DNA of 64,000 nt from Octopus sinensis (taxonomy: Eukaryota). A program made the translations under genes and the position numbers. The notes beneath the pieces were generated by a model that was not told the origin of the DNA, searched no databases, and worked only from the letters and a program-made list of their open reading frames with translations. The stretch covers positions 85,994,001 through 86,058,000 of the forward strand of contig NC_043003.1 in NCBI RefSeq assembly GCF_006345805.1, written 5' to 3'. Below are positions 1 through 13,836 of this stretch, in pieces. Position 1 is the first letter of the stretch; each line of letters opens with the position of its first letter.

Positions 1-732
1 ATCAAAAAAAGTTATATATAAAAAAAGACAGCTCATGCCGTCAAACACAAGAAATTCATTTACAATACACAACGGAGTCAGACATCTTAAAGTTCATATA
101 TAGTTTGAAGTAAGTTCATTCATGCTATATGTTCAAAGTGTTCGATGCAGTGGCCCACGGTGGCGATACGTATTCAATATAAAAAACAGATCAAAGTGGT
201 GGAAAGCAGTCAATACAGAAGATTGATGTTCCCGAAAGAGCGTGGAATTCATTTTTACCTTGAGCAATTGTGATGACCCATGGTGAGTGTTCGCTGGGTG
301 ATTCTGGTGAGTCTTGTGAATTGTTCGGGTTAACGAAACGATTGGTTAAAACGTTGATGACGTCACGCTACGCTGGACTGACCACCTAACAGGCATTATA
401 AAACCCGAACAATTCACAAGACTCACCAGAATCACCCAGCGAACACCCACCATGGGTCATCACAATTGCTCAAGGTAAAAATGAATTCCTCGCTCTTTCG
501 GGAACATCAATCTTCTGTATTGACTGCTTTCCACCACTTTGATCTGTTTTTTATATTGAATACGTATCGCCACCGTGGGCCACTGCATCGAACACTTTGA
601 ACATATAGCATGAATGAACTTACTTCAAACTATATATGAACTTTAAGATGTCTGACTCCGTTGTGTATTGTAAATGAATTTCTTGTGTTTGACGGCATGA
701 GCTGTCTTTTTTTATATATAACTTTTTTTGAT
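1..732. repeat. Long near-perfect inverted repeat (foldback or MITE-like), left arm cut by the window edge
   Basis: 1-331 is the reverse complement of 402-732 with 2 mismatches (243/490 and 286/447); spacer is 70 bp. Confidence 0.95.
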
Positions 733-860
733 AAGGTTCATTTCACGAACTGAAACATGTTATAATGTATATATAAAAATTAAAAATTGTATAATATAGC
801 AGCATTTTCGAACTTCATTTTTTACAAATATATACCTACTCGTATACGAGCTAATCCTAT

Positions 861-906
<46 letters not shown>

Positions 907-2400
907 AAGTAGATATGAATTAGGGTAACAGGTCCATTATGCGTTGCATTAGATACATATATACATACCTACATACACACATACACATAAATGATTATAT
1001 TACGCAGACCAAGCCCGGATTACAAAGTTACTGGGCTACATAATAAATTATTAGTAATTAATTAAAGTATTTCAACTTTTATTTAATGAAGTTTATCAGG
1101 CTCTTTTGAATAAAAATACGTCAAACAATCAGCATTATTGTATCATTGTTGTGTTAGCCCTGGGTCAGCTTCGACTAATGAAGCTTACTATGAAAAGCCA
1201 CTAGGTATTTTTTCATATATCAAAAAATAGAAAGTTTCCAATATTCATCGCCTATAAAGTGCTGCATTCATAATCTTTCCTTCTTTTCTCACTTTCAGAT
1301 GAATGGAAATATCCGAAAATTCGAAACTTTTGACTCTACACTGCCCACATCAAATAAATATACCGAATATTTCTATTTACCAAGTGTTGCAGACGCAGGT
1401 TATAATCATCTTATCCATTTAGTTATCAATTACTATATTTTCCAATGTTTTCCTTCCTGTATTTTTAAGATAGTATGATGGGGCTACTATTTCTAACAGA
1501 TCCAGTAACTACGTAGATGCATAGACTCTCGTCGGCGCCTTTAATATTTACGCTCGTGAAGTATAAATTAAGATGCTAGTTCCTCGTATGTTAAAACAAC
1601 ACCACTTTTTCAAACACCAAGTGAATGGAATAACAGTGTACCTCTCTTGACATACACGCCATTTTGAAGAGCTATGAAGAAGAAAGTAATATTGCTTTTT
1701 GTTTGTATTTTGGCAATTATATTAGCAAATATAGATCTTATAAGAATCCTATAATAACCCCTATAATAACCCCCAGGATAACGAATATATCCCTAAGGAA
1801 TGAATTACAATTAAAGGTTTTAATGAATATGAGTTTCAAATACGAAATATAAACATCTTTTAAAATAATTATATAAAATACATTTCATTAAGTTGAATGA
1901 GATTTAAAGTCCCAATGCTCATTAATGCATTTAAAAAGCTACAAATCAATGAAATAATTTTTACAAATTCATTAGTAGTCGTCAGGGACTTAGATTACAA
2001 GCCAACCATCACCGACACATTGCTGTATCTGTAGTGCATAAAATTAACTTCCGTTGTCTCCTCAAACTTATATCTAAATAGTTGCCACGGCATGCACAAC
2101 ACATTTCAACAGCAGTAAATAATTTATACTGTAATTGGTTAGGTTAGCGGCATTAATACTCACTAACGTATCCTGCTTGATAAAGTTATCAGCATGAACG
2201 TGAACTCGATGAAATACCTGTGATAAAAGTAATATATTAATTGCGATGCATGCCATAAAAATTCATATTTTTCACCGACACCTCCTAATGCTTATACGCA
2301 GAGGCCAGCTTCACCTTTCGTCCTCCCGGTATCGATAAAATAATGTAAAACTGAAGTTGAGTTTATCGACGTTTTACCACAAATTCCTAGCTTTATGAGA

Positions 2401-2437
<37 letters not shown>

Positions 2438-2449
2438 TAATAATTATTA

Positions 2450-2560
2450 TTTTGTTTAGGTTGTATTATTGGATTGATTGTGTCTTGCATAGGATGTGGG
2501 CTGTTCCTAGCAGGGCTATTTTTGGGACGGTGTGTAGTTTTGAGAATCCAAGCATAGCTT
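2450..2560 (-). mobile_element. 3' end fragment of an R4/Dong-like LINE
   Basis: Encodes PKIALLGTAHILCKTQSIQ*, matching the C-terminus of the LINE at 42157-42510 (QKIALLGTAHILRRTLSIQ*). Lies between trinucleotide tracts. Confidence 0.85.
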
Positions 2561-2574
2561 CAATTATTATAATA

Positions 2575-2642
<68 letters not shown>

Positions 2643-2666
2643 TATCATCATCATCAACATCATCAT

Positions 2667-2983
<317 letters not shown>

Positions 2984-3469
2984 ATATAAATTAAGATGCG
3001 AGTTCCTCGTATGTTAAAACAACACCACTTTTTCAAACACCATGTTGTTGTTGGTATCCTTTTGTCTCGGGAGACAATGGAGTTGCGCATAAACTAATCC
3101 AGTCTGGTTTTTACATTTCATGTCCTCTCCAGTTTTGCGCAGGTCTGAGCTAGATGTAAGAAAATCCTGGGTAGCCCAGTCGTCAGGATTCCTCTCTCGA
3201 CCTTGCTGACGTAGTCCAAAGGAGTGTAGAACAATACGCTTGGCACCAGATTGGTTGCATGAGCTGCCGGAAGAGTGTCGAGTCGAACGCTAAGCCACCT
3301 ACGGGGCTCCAATCCGGATTTCGTTGAAGGTTGTCACCTTTCTGTAACCCTAGATAGGGGCCCATACCGGGTACTGTCAACCGGGGCCAGCCGAGCCCGG
3401 GACTCGTGTCAGGCAGGGTCGTCACTCCCTGAAGTAGTGAAGAAAATCGCTACCCACTACCTACACAAG

Positions 3470-3570
3470 AATACTTCTCGACCAGACAACATACTCTGTT
3501 GTCAGCTGGGCATGCTATGTCTATGATCCAGCATAGTTTGTTTTCTTTCTCAATTAAGGCTATGTCTGGC

Positions 3571-3602
<32 letters not shown>

Positions 3603-3750
3603 CATTTGTTTCTTGATTTTTTGGAAGTAGGAATGTAACACCATTAACTAGCCAAGAGGGAATCATTCTAGGTTGTTGCAAATCATTGTTGTAAAGTTTT
3701 GTTAGCAGTTCATGGCTCTCAGGGAAGGCATTCATGAAGACACACAAGAT
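3470..3750 (-). mobile_element. Rearranged R4/Dong-like LINE pieces: RT N-terminal fragment joined through (AAT)n to the REL endonuclease motif
   Basis: 3607-3750 encodes FMNAFPESHELLTKLYNNDLQQPRMIPSWLVNGVTFLLPKNQET (cf. WLKYLTGMHKKLAENFNSILAEPETMPEWLTKGKTILIPKSNET). 3470-3570 encodes KPDIALIEKENKLCWIIDIACPADN (cf. RPDIVVRDHEEKKCFLIDVSIPADDN). Confidence 0.75.
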
Positions 3751-4293
3751 GTCGAAATATCGTTCGCTAGGTAACAATGACACTCTTCTTTTAATTTTGA
3801 CTCTATATCTTCAGGAGGAGTTACCTCAATAATTTCCATATGAACCAAAATGAAATAAATTGACAAATTTATTTTTTGTACAAGTTGAAGACAAACATGA
3901 TGTCGAAATATCGTTCACTAGATAACAATGGCACTCTTCTTTTAATTTTGACTCTATATCTTCAGGAGGAGTTACCTCAATCCTTTCTATATTAACCAAA
4001 ATGAAATTAATTGACAAATTTATTTTTTAAACCAGTTGAAGACACACATGATGTCGAAATATCATTCACTAGATAACAATGGCACTCTTCTTTTAATTTT
4101 GACTCTATATCTTCAGGAGGAGTTACCTCAATTCTTTCTATATTAACCAAAATGAAATAGATTGAAAAATTTATTTTTTGAACCAGTTGAAGACACACAT
4201 GATGTCAAAATATCATTCACTAGATAACAATGGCACACTTCTTTTAATTTTAACTCTATATCTTCAGGAGGAGTTACCCGAATCCTTTCTATA
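3737..4293. repeat. Tandem repeat, 151-bp unit, about 3.7 copies, continuous with the LINE RT fragment
   Basis: Motif gatgtc(g/a)aaatatc begins at 3748, 3899, 4050 and 4201; units are similar but not identical. Confidence 0.9.
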
Positions 4294-4302
4294 TTATTAT
4301 TA

Positions 4303-4355
<53 letters not shown>

Positions 4356-4384
4356 ATATTATTATTGTTGTTGTTGTTGTTGTT

Positions 4385-4703
4385 GAGTGAGCGAGTAGTG
4401 CATGCCATCAAAGTGACACTGGGGTAAAATATATGAAGCCCAGTATACCCATCATGACTACTCGTCTGATAAGGGTACACTAGGCACATGCATCACAACC
4501 ACATGTGCGCGACATGGTCAGCCACTAAGGGGCATGCTCAACTGGTTAAGGTCAAACAACTGACAAGTGAATCTGTGGTATTGAGCAGAATATTTGCTGT
4601 AGCCCATCTTTTATACCAAGACAAACCAATGTACATGATGACACTTCCAATCAGTTAAGATAAGAAGCCATGAGAGCCACTGCCTGGTACTGCATCAGGG
4701 CAT
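4385..4703 (-). mobile_element. ~557-bp (AAT)n-associated non-autonomous retroposon, copy 1 (internal deletion of about 240 bp)
   Basis: Both ends match copy 5 (18951-19507); internal jump gacatggt|cagccact at ~4518; flanked by (AAC)n/(AAT)n. Confidence 0.85.
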
Positions 4704-4721
4704 TTATTATTATTATTATTA

Positions 4722-4769
<48 letters not shown>

Positions 4770-4801
4770 GTAGTAGTAGTAGTAGTAAAAGTAGTAGTAT
4801 T

Positions 4802-5309
4802 GAGTGGGAGAGCAGTGCATGCCTTCAAAGGACGCTGGGATACAAATATACGAAGCCCAATATATTCATCATGACTACCCATCTGATAAGGGCATACCAG
4901 GCTCGTACATCACAACCATATGTGTGTGACTTGCTGATCTACTATCAAGATAAGCAGTGCATGACATTGTTAGAATTTTCTTCACATCAAGTAGCTTATC
5001 CCACTCAAAAGGTTCCTCAATAAAGGTTGTTTAAGGATGTTGAACGAAAACCCCATGTTTCCAAAGGTGAACTATTCAAACTCCAAAGAATTTCTCTCAA
5101 TATATATCTATGATGCTCCCCCACTACTTCTGCTCGTAATCAGAGTTGCACATATCCTTAGCCACCAAGGGACATGCTCAACTGGTTATGGTCAAACAAT
5201 TGACAAGCAAATCTGTGATACTGAGTTGTAGCCCAGCTTTTATACCAAGACAAATCATGTACATGATAACACTTCCAATCAGTTAAGATGAGAAGCTATG
5301 GGAGCCACT
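4802..5309 (-). mobile_element. ~557-bp element, copy 2 (more diverged, lacks about 25 bp at the ATGCCC end)
   Basis: Colinear with copy 5 apart from small deletions; (AGT)n/(ATT)n tract adjacent at 4706-4801. Confidence 0.85.
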
Positions 5310-6739
5310 TTTTACCTGTCATAGAAAGATGTGCGGCTTGTCGTTCTACTGTTTTCTTAGCAATCAGAACTGAAGGAAAAAGCTATCCTTGTAAAATATT
5401 TCTTCTGGCGAACCTTCCGGGAATGTTTCCTGGAATGTTTGTTGTAAATAGTTGGCTATTTTAAAATATTACAGACATTAACTCTTTTCTGTTTATATTC
5501 GACCAGCAGTGTGGTAAATACTACTAAACGGAGAGTCACAACGCCTGTCAGAACCTCACTAGTATAGAAAAGCAACGAGGGAAAAGAAGGAAAGGTACAA
5601 ATTAATCACACAGAAAAACTGTGACATTTTCAAGGAGAAAAGTAACGATATTTTGATAATAAACATATTTCAAAAAGGAAGAAACGAAACAAGCAAATAA
5701 TATATACATATTTTGCCTGCTGAACATAGCAAAAATATTTTAAATGTCATTAATAACAATGGAAGCAGTCTTCTTGATATTATTATTAATGTCATGAAAA
5801 TTACTTCCAAAGTGACCAAAGTCAAAAAGGGACAAAAGTCGGAAAGTTCAGATGTTAATAGCTGTGGAACCTTATAAATTGCAATCTCTCCAGATGCTGA
5901 TTTGATATTTAATTTCTAAGAGTTCCATAGAATAATTGCCAGTAATATTCTAAGATTGATACAATCGAACACTACGAATGTTCCTTTTCTTTCATACGTT
6001 CTTAAACTTTCACTTCCCCACAACTTTCACGAAATGTAAACCAATTGTTGTTGCTATTGTTGTCTGGTTCCAGATAACACATGATCAAACACGACCGATG
6101 ACCAAAAGTGTTGCACCATGCAGCCTTTACGTATATTTAGCACAGTATTGTCGAAGATATCCATTATATTTTGAAGAAATTAGGCTCTTTATTCAAAGAT
6201 GTACAGTGGCTATTTATGGTAAATCTATAAGCCATATAGAAACCTCTTTGTTTGCTTCTCTAAGAAATATATTGAGGTTGAAGCAATCGAATGCAACTGT
6301 GAGGAAAAATATTTGACCCTAAGATTTTGCGGAAATAAACTGATATTTAGCTTCATACGTACACAAATCTTAATTAAAACCAACTACAGAATTAACATCC
6401 CTATTTTCAAACAATTATTCTCATGTCTAAATAACAATCAGAAAACCACTCCTCCTGGAATTAGAAAGACAAAAGGATAAAACGATATCAACAAATTGTT
6501 AGTTTAATTAAATACGGCTGTTAAGTCTCCTACAGGATTTATTCCAAACAATTGATATTTTTTTTTAATGATTTCATTTCAAGAAAGATGTCTCTCGGGC
6601 ATCATGGGCATGAGGTATGGCAAGTGCAGAGAGTAAGTTCTTTATGTTATAGTCGTTGTATTTTGCATTAATTAAAAAGAAAACAAATGAAAAAAAAAAC
6701 GAGAAAGAGGAGTAAAGAACAAAGTGAGAGAAGAAGAAC

Positions 6740-6790
<51 letters not shown>

Positions 6791-6961
6791 AAGTGAGAGA
6801 AAAATAATATACAAGACGTAGAAATAAAAGGAAAATGATGAGAAAGTGGAGAAAGAAAAGAACAAAGAGGAAACAAACAAACATAGAAACTAGTGCAAGA
6901 TTATCTCATAATGTAGTCACATGATCATTTATCACCCTAGGGCACGAGTATTGACGTATAT

Positions 6962-7006
<45 letters not shown>

Positions 7007-7034
7007 GTATATATATATACATATATACATATAC

Positions 7035-7112
<78 letters not shown>

Positions 7113-8478
7113 TAAGATGAGAAAATAGAGAGGAAATTAATTTTTTATCATTAGCTGTTTCAGTTCCAGACTTTCAGAAAATTAATTAATAAAATTAAGA
7201 CTTATTTGAAAGTCGAATCTCTTCAGAAGTAGTTTAAGATATACAAAATAGGTGTTCAATTGTTGCATGTTGAGTAAACGGCTGCAACACGTTAAAGAAC
7301 ATAGTTTAAAACATGGTATAGACCTTAGAAGGGGAGTAAGGTTGTGTATACTGGAGTTGTAAAGTAAGAATATAACAATATCTAGAGTGTTAATTACAAG
7401 AAAAACTAAAGTAGATATAATTGGTAAAAAAGTAATATTGTGATATTATGTCTATCTGTATTAACTCAATAGAAAATTAAGTATGTAATTTAATTCAAGT
7501 GTGGATAGTTATCATTATTATATAATTAGGGTGGAAGGCATTCCAAGCAAACTATTACTTCTTATAAATATCGAAAGGGTTAAAAGACGAATAAGAGTAT
7601 TAACTTAATGTTAGGGTACATAAAAATTATAAATTAAAAACAAGAATAAAGTAAAACAAACAAAGCAAGATAGATACAGTGAAGAGTGAAAACAGATAGA
7701 GAAAAAAATAAATGAATAAAGACTTACAAAATATTACCTTTCACCCCTTAAAAATTTATTATTGAGCTAGACTAATATCGATAAAGACCTATTGGACAAA
7801 CATTTTAAAATTTCATATATGCAACGTTCCCTTGGTTACATATCACATGTAAATATGTTAAGAGGCGCAGGTAAAGAGATGTAGTATTTAACAAATAAAT
7901 AATAAATAAAAATTAAAGGAATAAATATATGCAAATAAACGTAATTATAAATGCTTAAATATGGGTCAATTTAACAAGTTAAATCAAAATTTATTAATGC
8001 AATTATTTAAATAGACCTCAAAACCAGAAATAGGTATTAATATAGAGGTAAAGAGCTAAAGAATAGCTGGGAATAATCTGAATTAGGGACATACTAAAGC
8101 GAAACAAGGTAGAAATAAATATATATAGCAGGTAGAAATATATATATATGTAAATATATAAATATATGGTGGTAAAGGCATTGTGCTCATGATCGCAAGA
8201 TCTTAGTTTCGATTCTCAAACCAGCTTAATTTTATGTTGTACCAGTTTAGTCAGCTGTTTACTAGGTAATACTACAACGATTGGCGTTCTATTCACGACG
8301 AATGTTTGTCAGTCTAATATGAGGTTATGAGGTTAGTATGAGATGTAACTAAAATTATATTAGTATGCAATATAATTCTCTTTGCTAGTATTATTATAAT
8401 TTAATGCGGCGAGCCTAACCCATTCCCCAAAATTCCTGGTCTTGTGCCAAAACTTGAAACCAATATTGTTATAATTTA

Positions 8479-8690
8479 AAACAGCGAGCTAGCAGAATCG
8501 TTGCTCTCCGGGAAAAGTGCTTAGCAGCATTTCCTCCATCTTCACGTTCTGAGATCAGATTCCGGTGGGGCTCGACTTTGTCTTTCATCCGCTCGAGGTC
8601 GATAAAATAAGTACGAGTTGAACACTGGAGTCGATGTAATCGACTTAACCTCTCCTCCTGGTCTTGTGCCCAAAGTTGAAAGCAATATTA
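8479..8690 (+). mobile_element. tRNA-derived SINE, family 1 (degenerate copy)
   Basis: Head gcgagctagcagaatcgtt, body gtctttcatcc..gtcgataaaataagtac, tail cctggtcttgtgcc. Similar copies at ~9214-9423(+), 10224-10409(-), 12092-12296(+), 12311-12520(+), 29135-29352(+), 30050-30900(-, several), 31360-31700(+), 42860-43020(+), 54400-54530(-) and 63480-63730(-). Confidence 0.8.
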
Positions 8691-10622
8691 TAATTATTTA
8701 TTTATATGTACATATTCTATAGTTAAAAATCATCATCAGTGTGAATATGTGGTTGGTAGTTTCATATACCCAGCAAAATCCCTGGGTATATTTAGTTGCG
8801 TCGCTTTATGGTAGAGATCAAACTTTAAATGAATCAACTTTGCTTTCATCCTCTAGGAAATGTAAAAGTACTAGGTCGATTTAAATTCTCTGTACTCCCC
8901 CTCCAAAATATGGAATGGGAAGGAGTACAAAGACAACTGTGTGTATACTTTGGAGGCGTTCGATGACCGGATAGGTAAAGAAACACGCAGAATGCATCAT
9001 GGAGTTTATTTAAGCTTCTTTAAGTTCTAAAATTCAAAACCACCGATATTAAATTCACCTTATAGCCATTTGAGATCGATGAAGTGAATATCAAACAAAT
9101 ACTTGTATCAATATAATCAATTCACCCCTACATGAGGCATTATACCAATGTTAAACCTTGCGGTGTTCCTTCTGTCTCTGTATCTTGAGTTCAAATACCC
9201 AAAGGTCGACTTAAGGCTGTGAGCTGGTAGAATCGTTAGCACCCCGGAGAAAATGCATAGCGGCATTCGCCTGTCTTTATGTTCCGGGTTCACATGCCAC
9301 CGGGGTAGACTTTGCCTTTCATCCTTTCGGGGCCGATAAAATAAGTTCCAGTCTGGAGTTGATTTAATCGACTTGGCTCTTTCCCTGAAATTGCTGGCTT
9401 CGTGCCAAAATTTGAAATCAATATTTATATACAGTAAGTTTTTTTTCACTTTTTCATGAGTCACATGCTTTTATTTTCCTGTTTTTCTCTTATATATCCG
9501 TGTCTGTGAGTTTTCTGTGTAAACGTACATGTCTGTTTATGTTTGTGCACAATTTGATTTATTCAGATATGTGCAATCAAACGTAATAGAATGTCTGACC
9601 TTGTCGACAGATATTTGATCAGATTTCAATTAGTTTTTGATATTTTTGCTTTGAAGTCCATTAGAATTTTACAATTCAAAGAATCGAGGAAGAGAAATTG
9701 TTTTGAATATTGTGTGCAAGGATAACTTGGATAAAATGCTAAACCCATTTAACAGATTTGTGTTTGATTGTAGTAATGTCTAGAATATTTATGAGATGAC
9801 TAAGGATAAGAATAAATCGTTTTAACATGCGTTAGTATTCATATACACGCTCGTATTATAATATTTATGTGACCTTCCCGGGATTTTTTCTCTTATGTCT
9901 AAAGAAAAAAAACATACTAGACACCCTAAACCGAATATCGATTCATAAACTGAAATGTAAAATAGTACACGGCTGTTGATGGGTCACCACCGGATACATC
10001 GTCTTTTCAGGAGAATAATTTGTGAGCTAGTCAGCTTGACAGAATACATTCTGCTCTAGTCTGTTGACTACAGTTAGAGAGAACTGACAACGGGAAATGT
10101 GTTATCATTCAATCAGAAATAAAATTTAGCTTGAAGGCTTTGACTCTGGCATCTTATACCATCCTATGACATTCGAATGTGTCATTGTGCGAAAAAAATG
10201 TTTTAAAATATATTCTAAACAGGAATACTGGTTTCAAATTTTGGCACAAGGCCAGTAATTTCGGGAGAGGGATCAGGTCGATAACATTGACACCAGTGCT
10301 CAGTTAGTTTCAGGGACCCCGAAAAGATGAAAATGAACTTTGGTGGAATTTGAACTCGGAACGTAAAGGCGAGCTAAATGCCGCTGAGCATTTTGCCTAG
10401 AATACTAACAATTCTGCCAGCTCGCCACTTTCTTATAAAGATACATACGTGTTATATCGTTTGCTTTAGTGTGTACATTTTTATATATCTTTGAATGAAC
10501 ACCTTTGTCTCCTTTGCCTGTTGTAGTTATCGATTTATTTTAATACCTACATTCATATAAAGAAAAGCTATATTTGATTCAGTAAATCAAATTGCATGCA
10601 ATAGAAGTAATTACTTTAACAA

Positions 10623-11900
10623 CTAGCTGAGGTACTCGACGTTGCCCGGTATAACTCTAAACGGAGTAGTCGTTCAAATGAACAGAAAGACTTCTGTCAA
10701 ACATGACTATAGAATTAACAATTTACAGATATTGGTCCTAAAGAGGGCCTTTAAACGTTCACTATGAAATATCTCTGCGGCATTGCTGCCACCAAAGATG
10801 AATCCGATGGTAACAATTTAATCTTTAGTCAGGAGGATTTAAAAGTTCGCTACTCCATTTGTAGGACATGAATAACCGATGCGTCAAATTTCGTTTAAAT
10901 TGACTGTTATTTCTAGAAGTTAAAATGCTTTGCTGCTACCATAATATGAACTTTAAAATTGGTCCAAAGGGGCTCACTGCTCTCCCTAGGGGATTCCTTA
11001 TCACTTATTCAAGTGATAACGAAAGTGCGGTACTTTATCTTATGGCAGGCAATAACCATAATAAACTCCCGAGGTTCTGATGCTGTTTTATTGTGGCGGT
11101 TTGAACTTTTATGGGTTAATGATTTAGGCTCATGTCCTTGAGGGGGTCCTCTTACTGAATTGAAATGGAAGTAAATGTGCCTCACTGTATCTTCATCTGT
11201 AGTAAATGAAAAACAACTGAGTCAAAATTCATTTTATGAGACTACCAGTTATCGAAGCTATGACCCTTTGCTGCATTACAATAGCCGAATTCAATAAATG
11301 ACTCACCGGAGCTTACTACCCTCTGGGGTCCCCTTGCTTGTTCCAGATATAAACAGTGTCTTGAACAACAGCTTTAGGTAATGGTTAATCAAGGTATCCC
11401 GTAAAGTTAAAATCGAAGTAAACTTCAAACGTTATCAGGTATTAATACAGTGTTAATGTGAACTTCAATAGATAAGTTGAAGGGACTCACTGCACCCCCA
11501 GTGGGCCCCTTGATAAATTGAAGTAAAAGTTTATGTTCACTTTCCTCTGTGAGCCATGGGTAATCAATACGTCGCGTTTCGTGAAAACCAAACAACAACT
11601 AAAACAGTTATAACGTTTTGTTGTAGTGAAGATATCAATTTCAACATTCATCAAAATCGGTTTAATGCCCACCTAGGGGTCCCCTATTTGAATTTGTGCG
11701 CAAGTGCCTGCCTGCAAATTTATTTGTAGGCCATAAGCAAATAAAAGATTAATTTTGGCGAAGATGTGAGGCAAACTACAGGAATTATGGGGCCTTTATG
11801 CAGTGTACGATGTGTGACAAACATTTATCTTTCCAAATAAGTATTATCGGCCACAACTGAATCCATAAATGAGAAATCTTTTATTATTCCCTCATTTTGA
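10623..11900 (-). mobile_element. Probable non-autonomous Helitron (3' end clear, 5' boundary uncertain)
   Basis: Minus strand ends ccgggcaacgtcgagtacctcagCTAG|T at 10623, similar to the terminus at 14193-14220; degenerate internal ggggtcccc sub-repeats. Confidence 0.5.
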
Positions 11901-12734
11901 AGTTACAGGTCACGGTCAATTTTGACTGACGAGTTATTACACACACACATGTGTATGTGTTTGTGTTTATGTGTGTTTGAGTATTTGTGTATGTGTGTGT
12001 ATCTGTGTAAATGTTAGCAATGAGCTAAAAGTGTGAGGGATCAACACCGCATTGATGATGTATTCCTTTTATAGTAAGATATCAATGGGCAAAGCGGTGA
12101 GCAAGCAAAATCGTTACCGCGCCGGGCAAAATGCTTGGCGGTATTTCGTCCGTCTTTACATCCTGAGTTCAAATTCCTGAGTTGCCTCTCATCGTTTCAA
12201 GAGTTGATAAAATAAATACCAGTTGAACACTGGAGTCTATGTAATCGATTTACCCACTCCCTTGAAGTTGCTGATCTTGTGCCAAGCTTTGAAATCTGTG
12301 TGATACTAAGGGGCAAGGCGAGGAGCTGGCAGAATCGTTACTGCGCAAAATACCTGGCAGCATTTCGTCCGTCTTTACATTCTGAATTTAAATTCCGCCG
12401 AGGTTGACTTTACCTATTTTCTTTTCGGGATTGATGAGATAATTACCACTCGTGCCCTGGGGTCGATGTTTTTCCCTCCCGCCAAAATTTCATACCATGT
12501 GCCTATTGTAGAAAAGTACATTATACTAATGGTTTCATGCTAATGTCTTCACAATTTTTCAATGATAGCAAGTCTCCTATCTTGTCACACACGCACGTGC
12601 GCATCCAAGGTTCAGAATTGTTCATTGTTATAATAATTTAAACTTTTTGCGTTTATAACTGTATTACTCTGCAGAAAATGTTGCAAGCTGCTGTTTCATT
12701 CTTTCCAAAAAGCCATCATTACCTCATTGTGAAA

Positions 12735-13050
12735 GCGCGTGGCTTAGTGGTTAGGGTATTCGGCTGACGACTATAAGGTCGTAAGTTCGATACCGACGGC
12801 GCGCTGTGTCCTTGAGCAAGACGTTTTATATCATGTGGCTCCAGTTCAATCAGCTGGCAAAAATGTAATTCAAACAGCCAGCCTTGTCATAATCAATGTC
12901 ATGTTGAATCCCCTGAAAACTACATGAAAGGTACGCGTGTCTGTGGAGTGCTCAGCAACTTGCGCGTTACTTTCCCAAGCAGACTGTTCCGTCGATCGGA
13001 TCATTTGGAGCCCTCGTTGTCACAACCAACGGAGTGCTGGTTTTTATTAC
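12735..13050 (+). mobile_element. tRNA-derived SINE, family 2
   Basis: Head gcgtggcttagtggttagggtattcggc...gttcgata, body gtgtccttgagcaagac. Related copies at ~20140-20400(+), 38000-38290(-), 48000-48180(-) and 54140-54332(-). Confidence 0.7.
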
Positions 13051-13836
13051 CTCATTGACTATGAGCTATTGTTTGTCGAACATAAAATACTCCTCATCTA
13101 TATGTTGTCATTGACATTTTTCGTAATGTAAATCTTTAAATGCTTGACAAATGGTTGAACTGTTGGTATTGGTCTAAGAAAGCCTGTGAAACATCAATAG
13201 GAACACTCTAAATATTAAAACTCGCTCCAGAGCACATTAATTCTTTCATATTCTGTGACAGTGTATGTAGTGTAGCACAGAGAAAAGGCATTTTGATCTA
13301 AAGACTTGCACGCCATCTTGATCATGCTGACGATGTTTTCGTTAGCTAATGTAGGTCTGGAATTTGAGACAGCGAGTAAAGGTAATACTCAGACAGCGCT
13401 ACTTATTGAAGCAAGAAGTACTCAGACAGCGTTACCTATTGAGGCAGTTTAATTGACAGTTTTTCAGATGGAAAGTATGCAATCATGTCTTAGATGATTC
13501 TCACAGACAAGGTTACTTTCAAAACATGGGCGCTTTGCATGATAGTTTTTCAGATAGAAGATATGCTGTTGTGTCGAAATTGAATTCTCACAGTGAAAGT
13601 TGGCTTCAAAACATGGAGTAATTTGACTGAAGAAATAATCAGGTATTTAGTATAATTCATTTAGATCTATATTTCTTTTCTTTTATTCTTCATTCTATGT
13701 TTTTTAATAATAAAGTTTCTAGCATAATTACCATTAGATGTTGAAAACTCTCTATGTAAATGCTCCGACCTATATATCCATTAATATTTATATCGAATGA
13801 AACCAGCCACAAATTGATATTTCTAGCTGTCAATTA

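Noticed and set aside
2164-2217. 54-bp segment with strong acceptor and gtgagt donor on the minus strand
   Set aside because: The phase-2 translation (YFIEFTFMLITLSSRIR) is not LRR-like and does not match the repeat expected after exon D; treated as a pseudo-exon unless RNA-seq supports it.
3042-3450. GC-rich block with small hairpins; considered as an HDV-like ribozyme in a LINE 5' UTR
   Set aside because: Could not assign the P1/P2/P3/P1.1 pseudoknot by eye; needs a descriptor search.
3737-4293. Regularly spaced repeats considered as a CRISPR-like array
   Set aside because: Whole 151-bp units are repeated with no unique spacers; eukaryotic context and no cas genes.
5473-5544. 72-bp AG...GT-bounded segment on the minus strand (LRR exon size)
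   Set aside because: The phase-2 frame contains a stop codon and no frame is LRR-like.
5978-6460. 112-aa ORF and nearby IECNCEEKY motif considered as a GIY-YIG or host protein
   Set aside because: No recognisable conserved motif set; similarity too weak to call.
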